This document shows positions 51,503-61,102 of a DNA stretch of 62,050 nucleotides, piece after piece. Position 1 is the stretch's first letter, and every line of letters begins with the position of its first letter. The translations under genes were made by a program, and so were the position numbers. A model generated the notes under the pieces. The model did no database searches. It saw nothing but the letters and a program-made list of their open reading frames with translations, and was not told where the DNA came from. The stretch covers positions 1 to 62,050 of the forward strand of contig JBBTVO010000011.1 of assembly GCA_038063195.1 (NCBI GenBank), written 5' to 3'. The stretch comes from Patescibacteria group bacterium (GTDB lineage Bacteria; Patescibacteriota; Microgenomatia; Levybacterales; UBA12049).

Positions 51503-53734
51503 ATGGATAAAGCATATGATCATAAAAAAGTAGAAGACAAGATTTATAAAATGTGGGAGGAAAAAGATTACTTCTCCGCAAAGATTGATCCTTCGGCACC
51601 CTTCGGCAATGCTCAGGATAAAAGCTCAGGACAAGTAAAAGGTAAGAAGCCTTTTTCAATAATTCTTCCTCCGCCCAATGCCAATGCTCCTCTTCATTTA
51701 GGACACGCGATGTATGTAATAGAAGACTTGCTTATCAGATTTCATAGGATGAAGGGTATTCCGTCTCTCTGGCTTCCCGGGGCTGATCACGCGGGTTTTG
51801 AAACCCAGTTTGTTTTTGAAAAGCATTTACAAAAAGAAGGAAAGTCGCGCATGGATTATCCGCGGGAAACTCTTTACCGAATGATCTGGGATTTCGTACA
51901 GGAGAATAGGAAGGGAATGGAGGGACAGCTCCGAAAACTTGGATTTTCGCTCGATTGGTCACGCAAGAAATTTACTCTTGATAAAGATATCATTGCGATT
52001 GTTTATAAGACTTTTAAGAAAATGTACGAAGATAATTTAATTTACCGCGAGGAAAGACTTGTTAATTATTGCACCTACTGCGGGACCTCCTTTTCGGATC
52101 TAGAAGTGAATCACAGAGAGCAAAAAGATCCTTTATATTTTATAAAATACGGGCCTCTTATTATTGCGACCGTGAGACCCGAAACAAAGTTCGGAGATAC
52201 TGCTGTTGCTGTAAATCCGAAAGACAAAAGATACCAGAAATATATCGGCAAGATTCTTGAGTTTGATACGCTTCTCGGAAAAAAGAAATTAAAAGTAATT
52301 GCAGATGATGTTATAGATCCTAATTTCGGAACAGGAGCCGCCAAGGTGACACCAGCGCATGATGAGAAGGATTTTGAAATGGCGGGAAGGCACGATCTTG
52401 AAATAGTAAAAGTAATAGATTTTGATGGGAGACTTACAGATATAGCAGGTCCTTATGAAGGCTTAAGAGTTAAGGAAGCCAGAAAAAAAGTCGCAGAAGA
52501 TATGAAGACAAAAGGTTTAATAGAAAAAGTCGACGAAGAATATATTCATATAATTGAGACATGTTATAAATGCGGGACGACAATTGAACCAATGCTACTT
52601 CCTCAGTGGTTTATAAAAATGGAGCCTTTGGCAAAACCCGCAATTGAGGCAGTTAAAAAAGGGAAGATAAAGATTACACCTTCGAAGTTTGAAAAAATAT
52701 ATTTTCAGTTCCTCGAAAACATAAGGGATTGGAATATTTCAAGACAAATCGTATGGGGGATAAGAATTCCTGCATGGCAATGCGTTCGCTGCGCTCGAAC
52801 GAATAACGAAGAAGGAAAAACGAATAACAAAGATGGATGGATTATTACCGATGGGCAGAGACCAGAAGAATGTCTGGTTTGTAAATCAAAAGATTTAGAG
52901 CAGGATCCGGACACTTTTGACACGTGGTTTTCATCGTCGCAATGGCCGTTTGCAACGCTTCAAACTACAAAGCCGGGAGATTATGAATATTTTTATCCTA
53001 CGACTGTTATGGAGACAGGCTATGATATCCTGCGTTGGTGGGTGGCAAGAATGGTAATGGTGGGACTTTACGTTACGGAAAAAGTGCCGTTTGAAAATGT
53101 TGTCCTTCACGGGCTCGTGAATGATCCGCTTGGCAAGAAAATGAGTAAAAGTAAAGGAAATATTGTAAATCCCCTGGAGCTTGTTGAGCAATACGGAGCT
53201 GATGCGGTACGTTTTGCTCTTGTCTTCGGGACAGCACTTGGTAATGATCAGGCGCTTTCATATCCCAAGCTCGATGCCGCCAGAAAGTTTACCAATAAAT
53301 TATGGAACATAGCCCGTTTCATAGACATGAAACGGGAAGCACTAAATCCGAAATTCGAAATTTCAAACAATAAAACAATTAAGCAATTAGACAACCTTGC
53401 AAGAAATAAAACAGACAAGGAATGGATTAATAAAACAGAAAAACTCGCAAAGGATGTTACGGAAGATTTGGAAAAATATAATTTCAACTTTGCTGCGGAA
53501 AAGCTCTATGAGTTTACTTGGCATCAGTTCGCCGATATTTATATTGAAGACGTGAAAAAACGTATTGATGAAAACTCATACTTAATACTTAATACTTTAT
53601 ACTTAATACTTCTCAAGCTTCTTCACCCGATAATGCCTTTTGTGACAGAGGAAATTTATCAGAGATTTAATCCGCCAGCTGGCGGAGGCGAATCTTTAAT
53701 GATATCCGCTTGGCCCCATGAGCAAAAATATTAA
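51503..53734 (+). CDS. valS: valine--tRNA ligase (short form)
   Basis: Class I HIGH (PPPNANAPLHLGHA) and KMSKS (KMSKSKGN) motifs. The editing-domain segment TGAAKVTPAHDEKDF is typical of ValRS. No long C-terminal coiled coil. Confidence 0.8.
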   Translation: MDKAYDHKKVEDKIYKMWEEKDYFSAKIDPSAPFGNAQDKSSGQVKGKKPFSIILPPPNANAPLHLGHAMYVIEDLLIRFHRMKGIPSLWLPGADHAGFETQFVFEKHLQKEGKSRMDYPRETLYRMIWDFVQENRKGMEGQLRKLGFSLDWSRKKFTLDKDIIAIVYKTFKKMYEDNLIYREERLVNYCTYCGTSFSDLEVNHREQKDPLYFIKYGPLIIATVRPETKFGDTAVAVNPKDKRYQKYIGKILEFDTLLGKKKLKVIADDVIDPNFGTGAAKVTPAHDEKDFEMAGRHDLEIVKVIDFDGRLTDIAGPYEGLRVKEARKKVAEDMKTKGLIEKVDEEYIHIIETCYKCGTTIEPMLLPQWFIKMEPLAKPAIEAVKKGKIKITPSKFEKIYFQFLENIRDWNISRQIVWGIRIPAWQCVRCARTNNEEGKTNNKDGWIITDGQRPEECLVCKSKDLEQDPDTFDTWFSSSQWPFATLQTTKPGDYEYFYPTTVMETGYDILRWWVARMVMVGLYVTEKVPFENVVLHGLVNDPLGKKMSKSKGNIVNPLELVEQYGADAVRFALVFGTALGNDQALSYPKLDAARKFTNKLWNIARFIDMKREALNPKFEISNNKTIKQLDNLARNKTDKEWINKTEKLAKDVTEDLEKYNFNFAAEKLYEFTWHQFADIYIEDVKKRIDENSYLILNTLYLILLKLLHPIMPFVTEEIYQRFNPPAGGGESLMISAWPHEQKY

Positions 53735-54236
53735 AAAATTTTACAAAAACAAAACAGAAAGAAAGTCACCGCAAGTGCGGGATCCCGACTGGAAATCCCG
53801 ACGAATTCCATTCGTGCGGGATGCCGTATGGAAGCTACCATCGGCACTACCAGCGGGACAATTCCCGAAGAATAACCGATCAATTACCGAGAACTTTATT
53901 TTTAAGGTTATTCATAAGCATAGAAGACTTCTTCTAATAAGTTTTGTATCCTTATTGATTTTTCTAGCAATTGTTACGGTTTCAATAGATGCTTATGTAA
54001 ATTATCAGGATAATAAGAGATTTACTCAGGAGAGAATTAAAATTGAGAGTGAAATTAAGCTCTGGCAATCAGCAATTGAAAGGTTCCCAAACTACAGAGA
54101 TGCTTATTTCAAGCTTGCAGCTTTAAATTATCAATTGAGGAAATTTGATAAAGCGCGGGAATATTTGGATAAAGCCTTAAAATTGGATCCGAATTTTAAA
54201 GAGGGAAGAGAGCTTGAGAAAAAACTAAATCAGTGA
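53718..54236 (+). CDS. membrane-anchored TPR-repeat protein
   Basis: 172 aa. TM helix then TPR-like AYFKLAALNYQLRKFDKAREYLDKALKLDPNF. Confidence 0.6.
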   Translation: MSKNIKKFYKNKTERKSPQVRDPDWKSRRIPFVRDAVWKLPSALPAGQFPKNNRSITENFIFKVIHKHRRLLLISFVSLLIFLAIVTVSIDAYVNYQDNKRFTQERIKIESEIKLWQSAIERFPNYRDAYFKLAALNYQLRKFDKAREYLDKALKLDPNFKEGRELEKKLNQ

Positions 54237-54239
54237 TTC

Positions 54240-54980
54240 CTAATGTCCGTTTGAGCTTGTCATTTGCACAACTCGTTCTCTAACCGCTTCACGTAGATCT
54301 CTTCTAGCTTTTATAATCGGATACATATCTTCCAGCTCAGTTACAAAATCTCTAAAATCGTTGTCCTCTCGCATTCTTCTTAAAACTCTTCTTATTGAAT
54401 TAATTGCTGCAGCATGACTTCTGTTAACACTACTTCCTGATTCTTTAAGAGATGATCCACTCGTCCTTACTAAATATACCAGCAAATGTCTTACATTCGA
54501 TGTATATTCCTCCCTTACATTTTTTTTGATAAACTTCAAATCTACGTTCAATATAGGTGGAACAGTATCTAATACATCATGTTTAATAGTATCTACGCCA
54601 TTAATTGAAGGAATCTTATTTTCTATTTTGTCAATTTTTCTTGCAGTGTTTGGATTGTCATGCATTAAATGTTCGATTTTATTGATACCTCTGTTTACAC
54701 TGTTTAGATCCGATCGGAACAAATGAGCTACGTCTTCCGTTGGGACACCTGCTCTCTCTAGAAGATAGCTTGATAGGTATTTCGCAGCTTTAATTTCTGG
54801 TGTAGGTTTTATATCAGGATTTTGTATGTCTGCCGGTGATTGCAGTTTTAAATGTATTGCGACTAATTCAAAAATAGAATCAAGAGGATTTGGTTGTGGT
54901 TGCTTTGTTTCTTGTGAAGAGATTGAGCCGTTTCGAGAGCCATCTGGAACAGAAACTAAAATTGGTGACTCGACTGTCAT
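54240..54980 (-). CDS. protein with two DnaA-domain-IV-like HTH repeats, no AAA+ module
   Basis: Segments AAKYLSSYLLERAGVPTEDVAHLFRSDLNSVNRGINKIEHLM and VRHLLVYLVRTSGSSLKESGSSVNRSHAAAINSIRRVLRRM parallel the DnaA C-terminus [43 protein letters not shown] in this same window. Confidence 0.5.
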   Translation of the reverse strand: MTVESPILVSVPDGSRNGSISSQETKQPQPNPLDSIFELVAIHLKLQSPADIQNPDIKPTPEIKAAKYLSSYLLERAGVPTEDVAHLFRSDLNSVNRGINKIEHLMHDNPNTARKIDKIENKIPSINGVDTIKHDVLDTVPPILNVDLKFIKKNVREEYTSNVRHLLVYLVRTSGSSLKESGSSVNRSHAAAINSIRRVLRRMREDNDFRDFVTELEDMYPIIKARRDLREAVRERVVQMTSSNGH

Positions 54981-54991
54981 AAAAGAGTAGA

Positions 54992-55735
54992 CTATTGGCC
55001 TTCGGGTTTTGCTTTCTCGCCCTCCGAAGCTTTAGCGGAGGAGGGTTCTTTTTGTCCTTCTTCTTTTGGTTTTTCGCCTTCTGCAGGTGCTTCTTCTTCG
55101 GCTGCGGCTTCACCCTCAGCGCTCTCAGCTTTTGCTTCTTCAGCTGCCGCTGCTTCTGCCGCGGCTTGCTCTTGTGCCTCTTTACTTACCAGTTCATCGA
55201 TCTTAACTATTACTTGTCCCGGATCTGTAATAATTGTAACTCCGGCTGTTGCTTTTATATCGGCCACTGTAATGTGATCGCCAACATTTGCAAGATTTTC
55301 TACATTTATCTCAATATTTTCAGGAAGTTCCGTAGGAAGTGCTTCTACCTCGACTTCATTTGTGATATTCATAAGAAGTCCTATTTTTTCGCTCACTGCC
55401 TTTGGCTCGCCAACGATTTCAAGCGGTACCATAGTCTTTACTTTCTCAGAAAGATTCACTTTGTAAAACTCTGCGTGAAGAGGATTTCCGAGGTAATCTT
55501 TATCTACGTTATGAATAAGTACGGGAATAGTCTTTGAATCAATAGCAATATCTACAACTCCGGTTTCTCCGGCAACTTTATAGACTTTGTCAAAATCTTT
55601 AAAAGGAACTTGGACCGAAATAGACTTAAAATCCTTGCCGTAAATATTTGCCGGCAAGATCCCGTCGCGTCTTAAGTTTTTAACTTTTTTACCAGTAATT
55701 TTGCGTTTTTCGACTTTGAGATCCTCTCTCTTCAT
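54992..55735 (-). CDS. rplY: 50S ribosomal protein L25/general stress protein Ctc
   Basis: LKVEKRKITGKKVKNLRRDGILPANIYGK N-terminus, two-domain Ctc form, acidic/Ala-rich tail. Confidence 0.85.
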   Translation of the reverse strand: MKREDLKVEKRKITGKKVKNLRRDGILPANIYGKDFKSISVQVPFKDFDKVYKVAGETGVVDIAIDSKTIPVLIHNVDKDYLGNPLHAEFYKVNLSEKVKTMVPLEIVGEPKAVSEKIGLLMNITNEVEVEALPTELPENIEINVENLANVGDHITVADIKATAGVTIITDPGQVIVKIDELVSKEAQEQAAAEAAAAEEAKAESAEGEAAAEEEAPAEGEKPKEEGQKEPSSAKASEGEKAKPEGQ

Positions 55736-55795
55736 AAGGCTATATTCTATACTAATGAGCCGATTATTACAAGATGATATAATAGTAAAGATTTT

Positions 55796-56281
55796 ATGAG
55801 AGTTTTGGGGATTGACCCGGGGATTGCAAGGACCGGATGGGGGATAATAGACGGAATTCAGAGTTCAAAATTCAGAGTTCAGAATTATGGTTGTCTCGAG
55901 ACTTCTTCAAAAAAAAAGACTCATGAGAGACTTGTGGAGATTTATAATCATATTTTAAAGCTTATACAAAAATATTCTCCAGATGAAATGGCAATTGAAG
56001 AGTTGTTTTTCAATACCAACTCAAAAACTGCATTTGTAGTGGGGCAGGCAAGAGGAGTAGTAATTTTAGCAGGAGCGCAAAAGAAATTATCAATTGGGAT
56101 TTACACGCCGCTACAGGTCAAAATTGCGGTCTCAGGGTATGGGCGGGCAGAGAAAGCGCAAGTTGGAAAAATGGTTAAGACAATTCTGGGTCTTAAAGAA
56201 ATTCCCACACCTGATGATACTACAGATGCACTTGCAGTAGGACTTGCGCATTTGTTCTCAAGGAAAATAAATAAATTATGA
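55796..56281 (+). CDS. ruvC: crossover junction endodeoxyribonuclease RuvC
   Basis: MRVLGIDPGIARTGWG, AIEELFF and DTTDALAVGLAH catalytic-site motifs. Confidence 0.9.
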   Translation: MRVLGIDPGIARTGWGIIDGIQSSKFRVQNYGCLETSSKKKTHERLVEIYNHILKLIQKYSPDEMAIEELFFNTNSKTAFVVGQARGVVILAGAQKKLSIGIYTPLQVKIAVSGYGRAEKAQVGKMVKTILGLKEIPTPDDTTDALAVGLAHLFSRKINKL

Positions 56282-56322
56282 CCCATTCGACAAGCTCAGG
56301 GTCATATTGAATTAATTGAAGT

Positions 56323-56901
56323 ATGATAGGAAGTTTAAAGGGAAAAGTAGAGCTTCAAGACGGGACAACTTTAATCGTTGACGTAAATGGAGTAGGCTAT
56401 AAGGTGACAGCTACAGCGGATGTTTTAAGAAATGCCACAATTTCTTCAAATATAAAAGTTTTTACTTTTACATATGTAAGAGAAGATGTTTTGGAGCTCT
56501 TCGGATTTTCAGCAGCAGAAGATCTAAAGCTTTTTGAAAGGATTATTGCAATTTCGGGAATTGGACCAAGGACCGCAATAAATATTTTCTCAGTTGGAAG
56601 CAGGGAGGAAATAATCGGTGCGATCGTAAAAGGTGATGTAGATTTCTTTACCGGAGTGCCGAGGCTTGGGCGGAAAAATGCACAGAAGCTTATAATTGAA
56701 CTGCGCGGAAAACTCGGAAGCCTTGAAGATCTTGATTTATCAGCTGAGGCGGACGGACAATCAAATGAAGTTATCTCGGCTCTTAAGACTTTTGGGTTTT
56801 CGGCAGGCGAAGCAAGAGAGGCACTGAAAGCTGTAGGTAAAGATGGGAAAACAACTGAGGATAAGATTAGATTAACACTTAAGTACTTAGGCAAAGCATG
56901 A
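56323..56901 (+). CDS. ruvA: Holliday junction DNA helicase subunit RuvA
   Basis: MIGSLKGKV...VNGVGYKV, HhH motifs ISGIGPRTA and VPRLGRKNAQK. Confidence 0.9.
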   Translation: MIGSLKGKVELQDGTTLIVDVNGVGYKVTATADVLRNATISSNIKVFTFTYVREDVLELFGFSAAEDLKLFERIIAISGIGPRTAINIFSVGSREEIIGAIVKGDVDFFTGVPRLGRKNAQKLIIELRGKLGSLEDLDLSAEADGQSNEVISALKTFGFSAGEAREALKAVGKDGKTTEDKIRLTLKYLGKA

Positions 56902-57005
56902 AAATTTCTAATTGACCTAATTAATCTAATTGATCTAAGGTTTGGAGTTTAGAGATTTGGGATTTGATTAGAAATTAGTAATTAGAACTTAGGAATTTTG
57001 AAGAT

Positions 57006-58058
57006 ATGAAAGATAAAACAGACAAGAAGATTAAAATTGATGAATCGGCAACTCCTGAAGAGCAGATGCTTTTTACTTCTCTTCGCGTCTCTGACTGGAT
57101 AGGATTTTTGGGACAGAGCCAGGTTAAAGAATCTTTGCATATCGCGATAAATGCCGCGAAGAAAAGAAAAGAAGCAATTGAACACATACTTCTTTACGGA
57201 CCCCCGGGACTTGGTAAAACTACGCTTTCACATCTTATTGCCAAGCAAATGGGAGCAAATATAAGAGTGACATCAGGCCCTGCAATTGAAAGAGCTGGAG
57301 ATCTTGCATCGATCCTCACCAATCTTGAAAAAGGAGATATTTTATTTATCGATGAGATTCACAGACTTAATAAAGTTGTTGAGGAGACACTTTATCCTGC
57401 GATGGAAGATTATGCATTAGACATTGTATTAGGAAAAGGGCCGTCTGCCCGCACATTAAGATTAGATCTTCCCCAGTTTACTATCATCGGCGCGACAACC
57501 AGAATAGGTCTTATGTCTGCGCCTCTTCGCGACAGATTCGGCGTAGTCCATCGTTTGAATTTCTATGATCCGAAAGATCTCGAGACTATTATTGAAAATG
57601 CAGCCAAGAAACTTAAAGTCTCAATTGATAAGGAAAGTATCAGGCAGATTGCCAAAAGAGCAAGAGGAACACCTCGCATAAGTTTAAAACTACTAAAACG
57701 CGCAAGAGATTTTGCCCAAGTCAGGGGAGAGGGGAAGATCACCAAAGAATTGGTAAAGGAAGCGCTTGCAATGCTTGAGGTGGATGAGATGGGGCTTGAT
57801 AGCTCTGACAGGCGATTTTTAAAAGCAATTATAGATAAGCATACAGGAGGACCGGTGGGTCTTGAAACAATCGCATCTACAATATCTGAAGACACAGGAA
57901 CACTAGAAGAGGTAGTAGAACCATACCTTCTTCAGATAGGATTTATAAAAAGGACTTCAAGAGGAAGAGTCGCAACTCCAGCTGCCTACGCTCACCTCGG
58001 CAAGCCGCCTCCACCAAAATCTTCTCCAGAAAACAAAAGCCAGCGAAAATTATTGTGA
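57006..58058 (+). CDS. ruvB: Holliday junction DNA helicase RuvB
   Basis: Walker [10 protein letters not shown], Walker [10 protein letters not shown], sensor TLIGATTR, RGTPRI. Confidence 0.95.
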   Translation: MKDKTDKKIKIDESATPEEQMLFTSLRVSDWIGFLGQSQVKESLHIAINAAKKRKEAIEHILLYGPPGLGKTTLSHLIAKQMGANIRVTSGPAIERAGDLASILTNLEKGDILFIDEIHRLNKVVEETLYPAMEDYALDIVLGKGPSARTLRLDLPQFTIIGATTRIGLMSAPLRDRFGVVHRLNFYDPKDLETIIENAAKKLKVSIDKESIRQIAKRARGTPRISLKLLKRARDFAQVRGEGKITKELVKEALAMLEVDEMGLDSSDRRFLKAIIDKHTGGPVGLETIASTISEDTGTLEEVVEPYLLQIGFIKRTSRGRVATPAAYAHLGKPPPPKSSPENKSQRKLL

Positions 58059-58070
58059 TAGAATATACTT

Positions 58071-59396
58071 ATGTCTGATGTAAGCGGAGAACGAGAACCC
58101 CCAAAAGAAATTTCAGCTCAATTTCCTAAAGTTAGTTTGGATACCGTTTATAAAATTGGAGATCTTATTCTTGCTGGAGAAGAAGAAGGAAAGTATAGTG
58201 AATTTGATCAAATGATGAGTAAAACTCAAGATGGGATCATAAGGGATGAGCCAGATCTGCTTGAGTTTCTTCAGGGGCAATTAGAAGATGATCCAGAAAC
58301 TGCTGTCGAATTTATTTCCGGAGTTATGTTTGTTCGGGCAGCGTTTGATGCAGAAGGTATAAAATTGCCACCTGTAACATGGAGTGCTTCAATGGCTATT
58401 GCTCAAGAACATTTATTTAAGCAGCAGAAAATTAGGCGAATAACTGATCTTGATGCAAGAAATGCATTAAAGGGAACGGAATCAGTGATTATTCCCCATC
58501 CAATTGATTTAGCCGAAGAAAATCCCTCATTAATGAGTTTTATTTCAGCACTTGGGGTAACCGAAGATGGTCTCTTTACTGCATTTGGAAAAGGAGCAAT
58601 GTACTATTACGAAGTTAAAAGAAAACAATTTTTTGCAGAACAAATAAGAAAAAGCCCATTTGGGAATGAGGTAAAAGCTGAGGGTGGAGATCAAGACAAA
58701 GAGCAAGCTCCGCCATTCTTAGAATTTAAGACTTTTGAAGTTGAAGGTGATATGTGGGATTATGAAGAATTGGCAGAAGTATCAGGAAAAATTGGAGAAG
58801 CTTTCTTAGATAGATTTTACAAAACACAACCTGAGGATGAAAGAAAAAGAGAATTGGAGAGCTTTATTCATAGGATTAGGGCAGGCAATGAAACTCCTCT
58901 TAGATTTTTCGAGGATATGGCGGTATTACCACAAGCAACCGAAGGGTATGTCCAATTAACTTTTCAAAGACACTATGATGCTGAAGAAAGTACAGGACCA
59001 TTGGAGTATGACGAAGAAGAAAGATTAATACTTCCCTTAGAAAATCCTCCTAGAAAACCAGCTAAAGAAGCGATCATTAATGATTGTGTGATTAATATTA
59101 CCGCTAGACCAGCTGCCCTTGTTGAATTGCAAAGTAAATTTCCCGAAAAGGGAAGAGAACTGAAAGAAGATGTTAGAGATTTTGCAGAAAACGCACCTAA
59201 ATTAGTTGAAGGACTAAGTGTAGGAATGGGAATAGATTTGGGAGATTTTCTACCAGATATTGAGAAAAAATATCCTTATGGTTTACCTAGAACTATATCA
59301 CTACATTTTGATCCCAACATATTTAAGAAAGGAAGAGGAAGAATAAAAATTATGGGTGAAAAATATTGGGATAGAGAAAACTTATCAGACGCTTAA
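58071..59396 (+). CDS. acidic hypothetical protein (441 aa)
   Basis: Long ORF immediately after ruvB. No recognisable motif. Confidence 0.55.
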   Translation: MSDVSGEREPPKEISAQFPKVSLDTVYKIGDLILAGEEEGKYSEFDQMMSKTQDGIIRDEPDLLEFLQGQLEDDPETAVEFISGVMFVRAAFDAEGIKLPPVTWSASMAIAQEHLFKQQKIRRITDLDARNALKGTESVIIPHPIDLAEENPSLMSFISALGVTEDGLFTAFGKGAMYYYEVKRKQFFAEQIRKSPFGNEVKAEGGDQDKEQAPPFLEFKTFEVEGDMWDYEELAEVSGKIGEAFLDRFYKTQPEDERKRELESFIHRIRAGNETPLRFFEDMAVLPQATEGYVQLTFQRHYDAEESTGPLEYDEEERLILPLENPPRKPAKEAIINDCVINITARPAALVELQSKFPEKGRELKEDVRDFAENAPKLVEGLSVGMGIDLGDFLPDIEKKYPYGLPRTISLHFDPNIFKKGRGRIKIMGEKYWDRENLSDA

Positions 59397-59417
59397 TTTC
59401 GCATTCTAAGCTATAAT

Positions 59418-59440
59418 TCTTCTGATATAATTGCCCCGAT
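59418..59440. repeat. promoter-like repeat TTCTGATATAATTGCCCCGAT, copy 1 (orphan)
   Basis: Shares about 20 nt with copies at 60235, 61061 and 61771, and a related copy at 18339. No plus-strand gene follows this copy. Confidence 0.8.
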
Positions 59441-59472
59441 TTAATTTTACGATTAGATTTTGGAGTTTTATT

Positions 59473-59727
59473 CTAGAAATTTACAGGAGTAATGGTCCAG
59501 TTGTCTTGAGAAGTTTTAGGTTCCTGTGCTTTTGCTACTGGTTTAGCCTCTTTTACTAAAGAATTTAGAAGCTCCTCGTTTGCTTTATTTAGCTTCTCAT
59601 CTTTTTTTGAAAAAGGCACAAAAGATACATTCTTAGGCAACTTAGATAGTTTTGGTGTACTCACTAAATAATCAAGAAGCTTTTGAGTTAAATCTATATT
59701 TTTTTGGGTTTGTTTTTTCTTACTCAT
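59473..59727 (-). CDS. hypothetical protein (84 aa)
   Basis: Lys-rich ORF downstream of and co-oriented with 59784-60209. Confidence 0.45.
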   Translation of the reverse strand: MSKKKQTQKNIDLTQKLLDYLVSTPKLSKLPKNVSFVPFSKKDEKLNKANEELLNSLVKEAKPVAKAQEPKTSQDNWTITPVNF

Positions 59728-59783
59728 GTCTAAAATATATCACCTTTCTGTTATAGGAGTGTAATAATACAATATATTTTTGG

Positions 59784-60209
59784 TTAATACAAGTCAACCC
59801 CGCTGTTTTTAAGAAATTTATACCTGTAATTTAAATAATTTCTTTTTATATCTTTGAATGCCCAGTTAAATTGTTTTCTTTTGCTCTTTGATTTTTTAAC
59901 TCCCTCGGAAGACTCAACTTCTCTTCCATCATTCAATGCTATTCTAGTGTGTTTGTGAATTGATCCGATTCCGCCATGATCATCAAATCGTACAATCCAA
60001 GCCCACTCGCCCTCAATTAGAATTTCATAAGATATATTTTCTATTTTTCTAATTTCATTTTTCTTATTCATCAACACAGAAAAAGAAATTCGGTCAGATT
60101 TTGCAATATTTAAAGGTACATCACCATTCCAAGTTTTCAAATCTTCTTCTTGTGGAGGCTTCTTCAGAGGCAATGCTGCTGGTATATGTTTTCTGATTTT
60201 TCTTGCCAT
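59784..60209 (-). CDS. hypothetical protein (141 aa)
   Basis: ORF with basic termini. No motif recognised. Confidence 0.5.
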   Translation of the reverse strand: MARKIRKHIPAALPLKKPPQEEDLKTWNGDVPLNIAKSDRISFSVLMNKKNEIRKIENISYEILIEGEWAWIVRFDDHGGIGSIHKHTRIALNDGREVESSEGVKKSKSKRKQFNWAFKDIKRNYLNYRYKFLKNSGVDLY

Positions 60210-60234
60210 AGCTTATTATATCAAGCTCCTTTCC

Positions 60235-60255
60235 CTTCTGATATAATTGCCCCAG
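60235..60255 (+). promoter_or_regulatory. promoter-like repeat CTTCTGATATAATTGCCCCAG, copy 2
   Basis: Extended -10 (TGaTATAAT) 18 nt upstream of the SWIM gene ATG, with aaaagga as a possible RBS. Confidence 0.6.
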
Positions 60256-60266
60256 CTTAAAAGGAT

Positions 60267-60992
60267 ATGATTCCTAAATACGACTTGGATAAAATCAAAT
60301 TTGCTACCGATCCCCCAACTTTTCAGAAGGCAGTCGATTTATATGAGCGCGGATGCGTTACAGAGTTTAAGAATCAATTTCACGGGTATTCTGCTGTAGT
60401 GATTGGGAGCAGGCCGTATCATGTATTTGTCTCAAGCCGTAGCTTCGATATTGCAAATTGCACCTGTTACCTCGGAGTCAATGATACTCTTTGCAAGCAT
60501 ATGGTATCGGTTGCTATTCACGCCGTTAAGAATGGTAAAATTTTAACCGACGAAGATAAACTTCAAAAAAATCAGCTGATTTTTAGTGGACGCGCGGGTA
60601 ATCTTACAAAAGCGGAACTCTCATCATTTAAAAAAGAAGTAACTGGGGCTGTACGCTATATCAAACCATATTTGGGACCATCTCGAATTTGGTTTTCTTA
60701 CCAAAATTCGCTTGAGGAAGGTTGTAACCGTTTATCGGCTTTATTATCAGAATTGCCCGCAGGCAAACAGACAGCACAGCTTACAGTGGACTTGCTTTTG
60801 CGGCTAGATAAAAAATTATCTAGTGGTGGGGTTGATGATTCCGACGGAACTGTTGGTGGATTTATTGAAGAAGCAGTAAGAATGCTTCTTGAGTTTGAAA
60901 AAATAGATACAGAATGTAAAAAAGAATTTAAAAAATTAAAAGGGACAGAAACATCTTTTGGATGGGAAGAACCGCTGCTTGAGATTTTATGA
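60267..60992 (+). CDS. SWIM zinc-finger protein
   Basis: CTCYLGVNDTLCKHMVSVAIH fits the CxCxnCxH SWIM signature. Confidence 0.7.
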   Translation: MIPKYDLDKIKFATDPPTFQKAVDLYERGCVTEFKNQFHGYSAVVIGSRPYHVFVSSRSFDIANCTCYLGVNDTLCKHMVSVAIHAVKNGKILTDEDKLQKNQLIFSGRAGNLTKAELSSFKKEVTGAVRYIKPYLGPSRIWFSYQNSLEEGCNRLSALLSELPAGKQTAQLTVDLLLRLDKKLSSGGVDDSDGTVGGFIEEAVRMLLEFEKIDTECKKEFKKLKGTETSFGWEEPLLEIL

Positions 60993-61060
60993 TTACACGA
61001 ATTACAATATTACGCCATAGCGTATTGATGTAACTCACGAGAATATCATGTTAATCATAG

Positions 61061-61080
61061 CTTCTGCTATAATTGCCCCG
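61061..61080 (+). promoter_or_regulatory. promoter-like repeat CTTCTGCTATAATTGCCCCG, copy 3
   Basis: TGcTATAAT extended -10 upstream of the RHH/PIN pair. Confidence 0.6.
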
Positions 61081-61102
61081 AGGTTGAAGGAAAGAATAAA
61101 AC

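Noticed and set aside
54995-55537. 180-aa Cys/Phe-rich plus-strand ORF, with similar long antisense ORFs at 56397-56894, 37494-37970, 19818-20228 and 31045-31380 and many 60-110-aa ORFs in the track
   Set aside because: They lie antisense to or out of frame within genes with clear family signatures (rplY, ruvA, the PrgI-like gene, the GT4 gene, the 993-aa ORF). They have low-complexity composition and no start context, so they are treated as shadow ORFs.
55856-55883. Tandem 14-nt duplication attcagagttcaaa/attcagagttcaga inside ruvC
   Set aside because: It is real in the sequence but lies in the variable hairpin between the first two RuvC beta-strands and keeps the reading frame. It is most simply a slippage duplication with no independent function I can argue for.
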